This document shows, piece after piece, positions 63,730 through 64,000 of a DNA stretch of 64,000 nucleotides (positions are counted from its first letter, which is position 1; each line of letters opens with the position of its first letter). The stretch is from Basidiobolus meristosporus CBS 931.73 (Eukaryota > Fungi > Basidiobolomycota): assembly GCA_002104905.1 (NCBI GenBank), contig MCFE01000334.1, positions 28,588 to 92,587 on the forward strand. The letters run 5' to 3'. Made by a program: the position numbers and the translations under genes. Below the pieces are notes generated by a model. The model was not told the DNA's origin. It saw only the letters and a list, made by a program, of their open reading frames with translations, and did not search any database.

Positions 63730-64000
63730 TTAGGGTTAGAGTTAGGGTTAGGGTTAGGGTTAGGGTTAGGGTTAGGGTTAGGGTTAGGGTTAGGGTTAGG
63801 GTTAGGGTTAGGGTTAGGGTTAGGGTTAGGGTTAGGGTTAGGGTTAGGGTTAGGGTTAGGGTTAGGGTTAGGGTTAGGGTTAGGGTTAGGGTTAGGGTTA
63901 GGGTTAGGGTTAGGGTTAGGGTTAGGGTTAGGGTTAGGGTTAGGGTTAGGGTTAGGGTTAGGGTTAGGGTTAGGGTTAGGGTTAGGGTTAGGGTTAGGTT
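63730..64000 (+). repeat. Telomere (TTAGGG)n, about 45 units; right chromosome end
   Basis: Uninterrupted TTAGGG array to the end of the window with the G-rich strand running toward the terminus; one proximal TTAGAG variant. Confidence 0.99.

Overview
Right end of a fungal chromosome, with about 45 TTAGGG repeats at 63730-64000. The short GT-AG introns and protein families suggest an early-diverging fungus such as a Zoopagomycota lineage; this is inference only. The window alternates between two compartments. AT-rich, almost CpG-free blocks of nested, decayed transposons occupy about 1-14.4 kb, 30.5-45 kb and 62.8-63.7 kb. They hold one Ty1/copia family with a Ty5-type PBS, a CACTA/EnSpm family with CCC...GGG termini, and several solo-LTR families with recoverable target-site duplications (TSDs). 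CpG-intact gene regions carry eight recognisable genes: Skt5/Chs4 Sel1-repeat chitin synthase activator, a bacterial-type cupin with an intron, SVF1, a C2H2 zinc-finger factor, two convergent PRM10/ThrE-family paralogs, an ankyrin+DIL protein, and a NAT8-like GNAT only about 1.75 kb from the telomere. No clearly new multi-gene system was found. The best leads are the cupin (horizontal transfer candidate), CpG plus CpA transition decay confined to repeats, the CACTA element with an unrecognised head-to-head accessory gene, and an LTR-in-LTR palindrome with patchy homogenisation. All alignments and splice models were done by eye.
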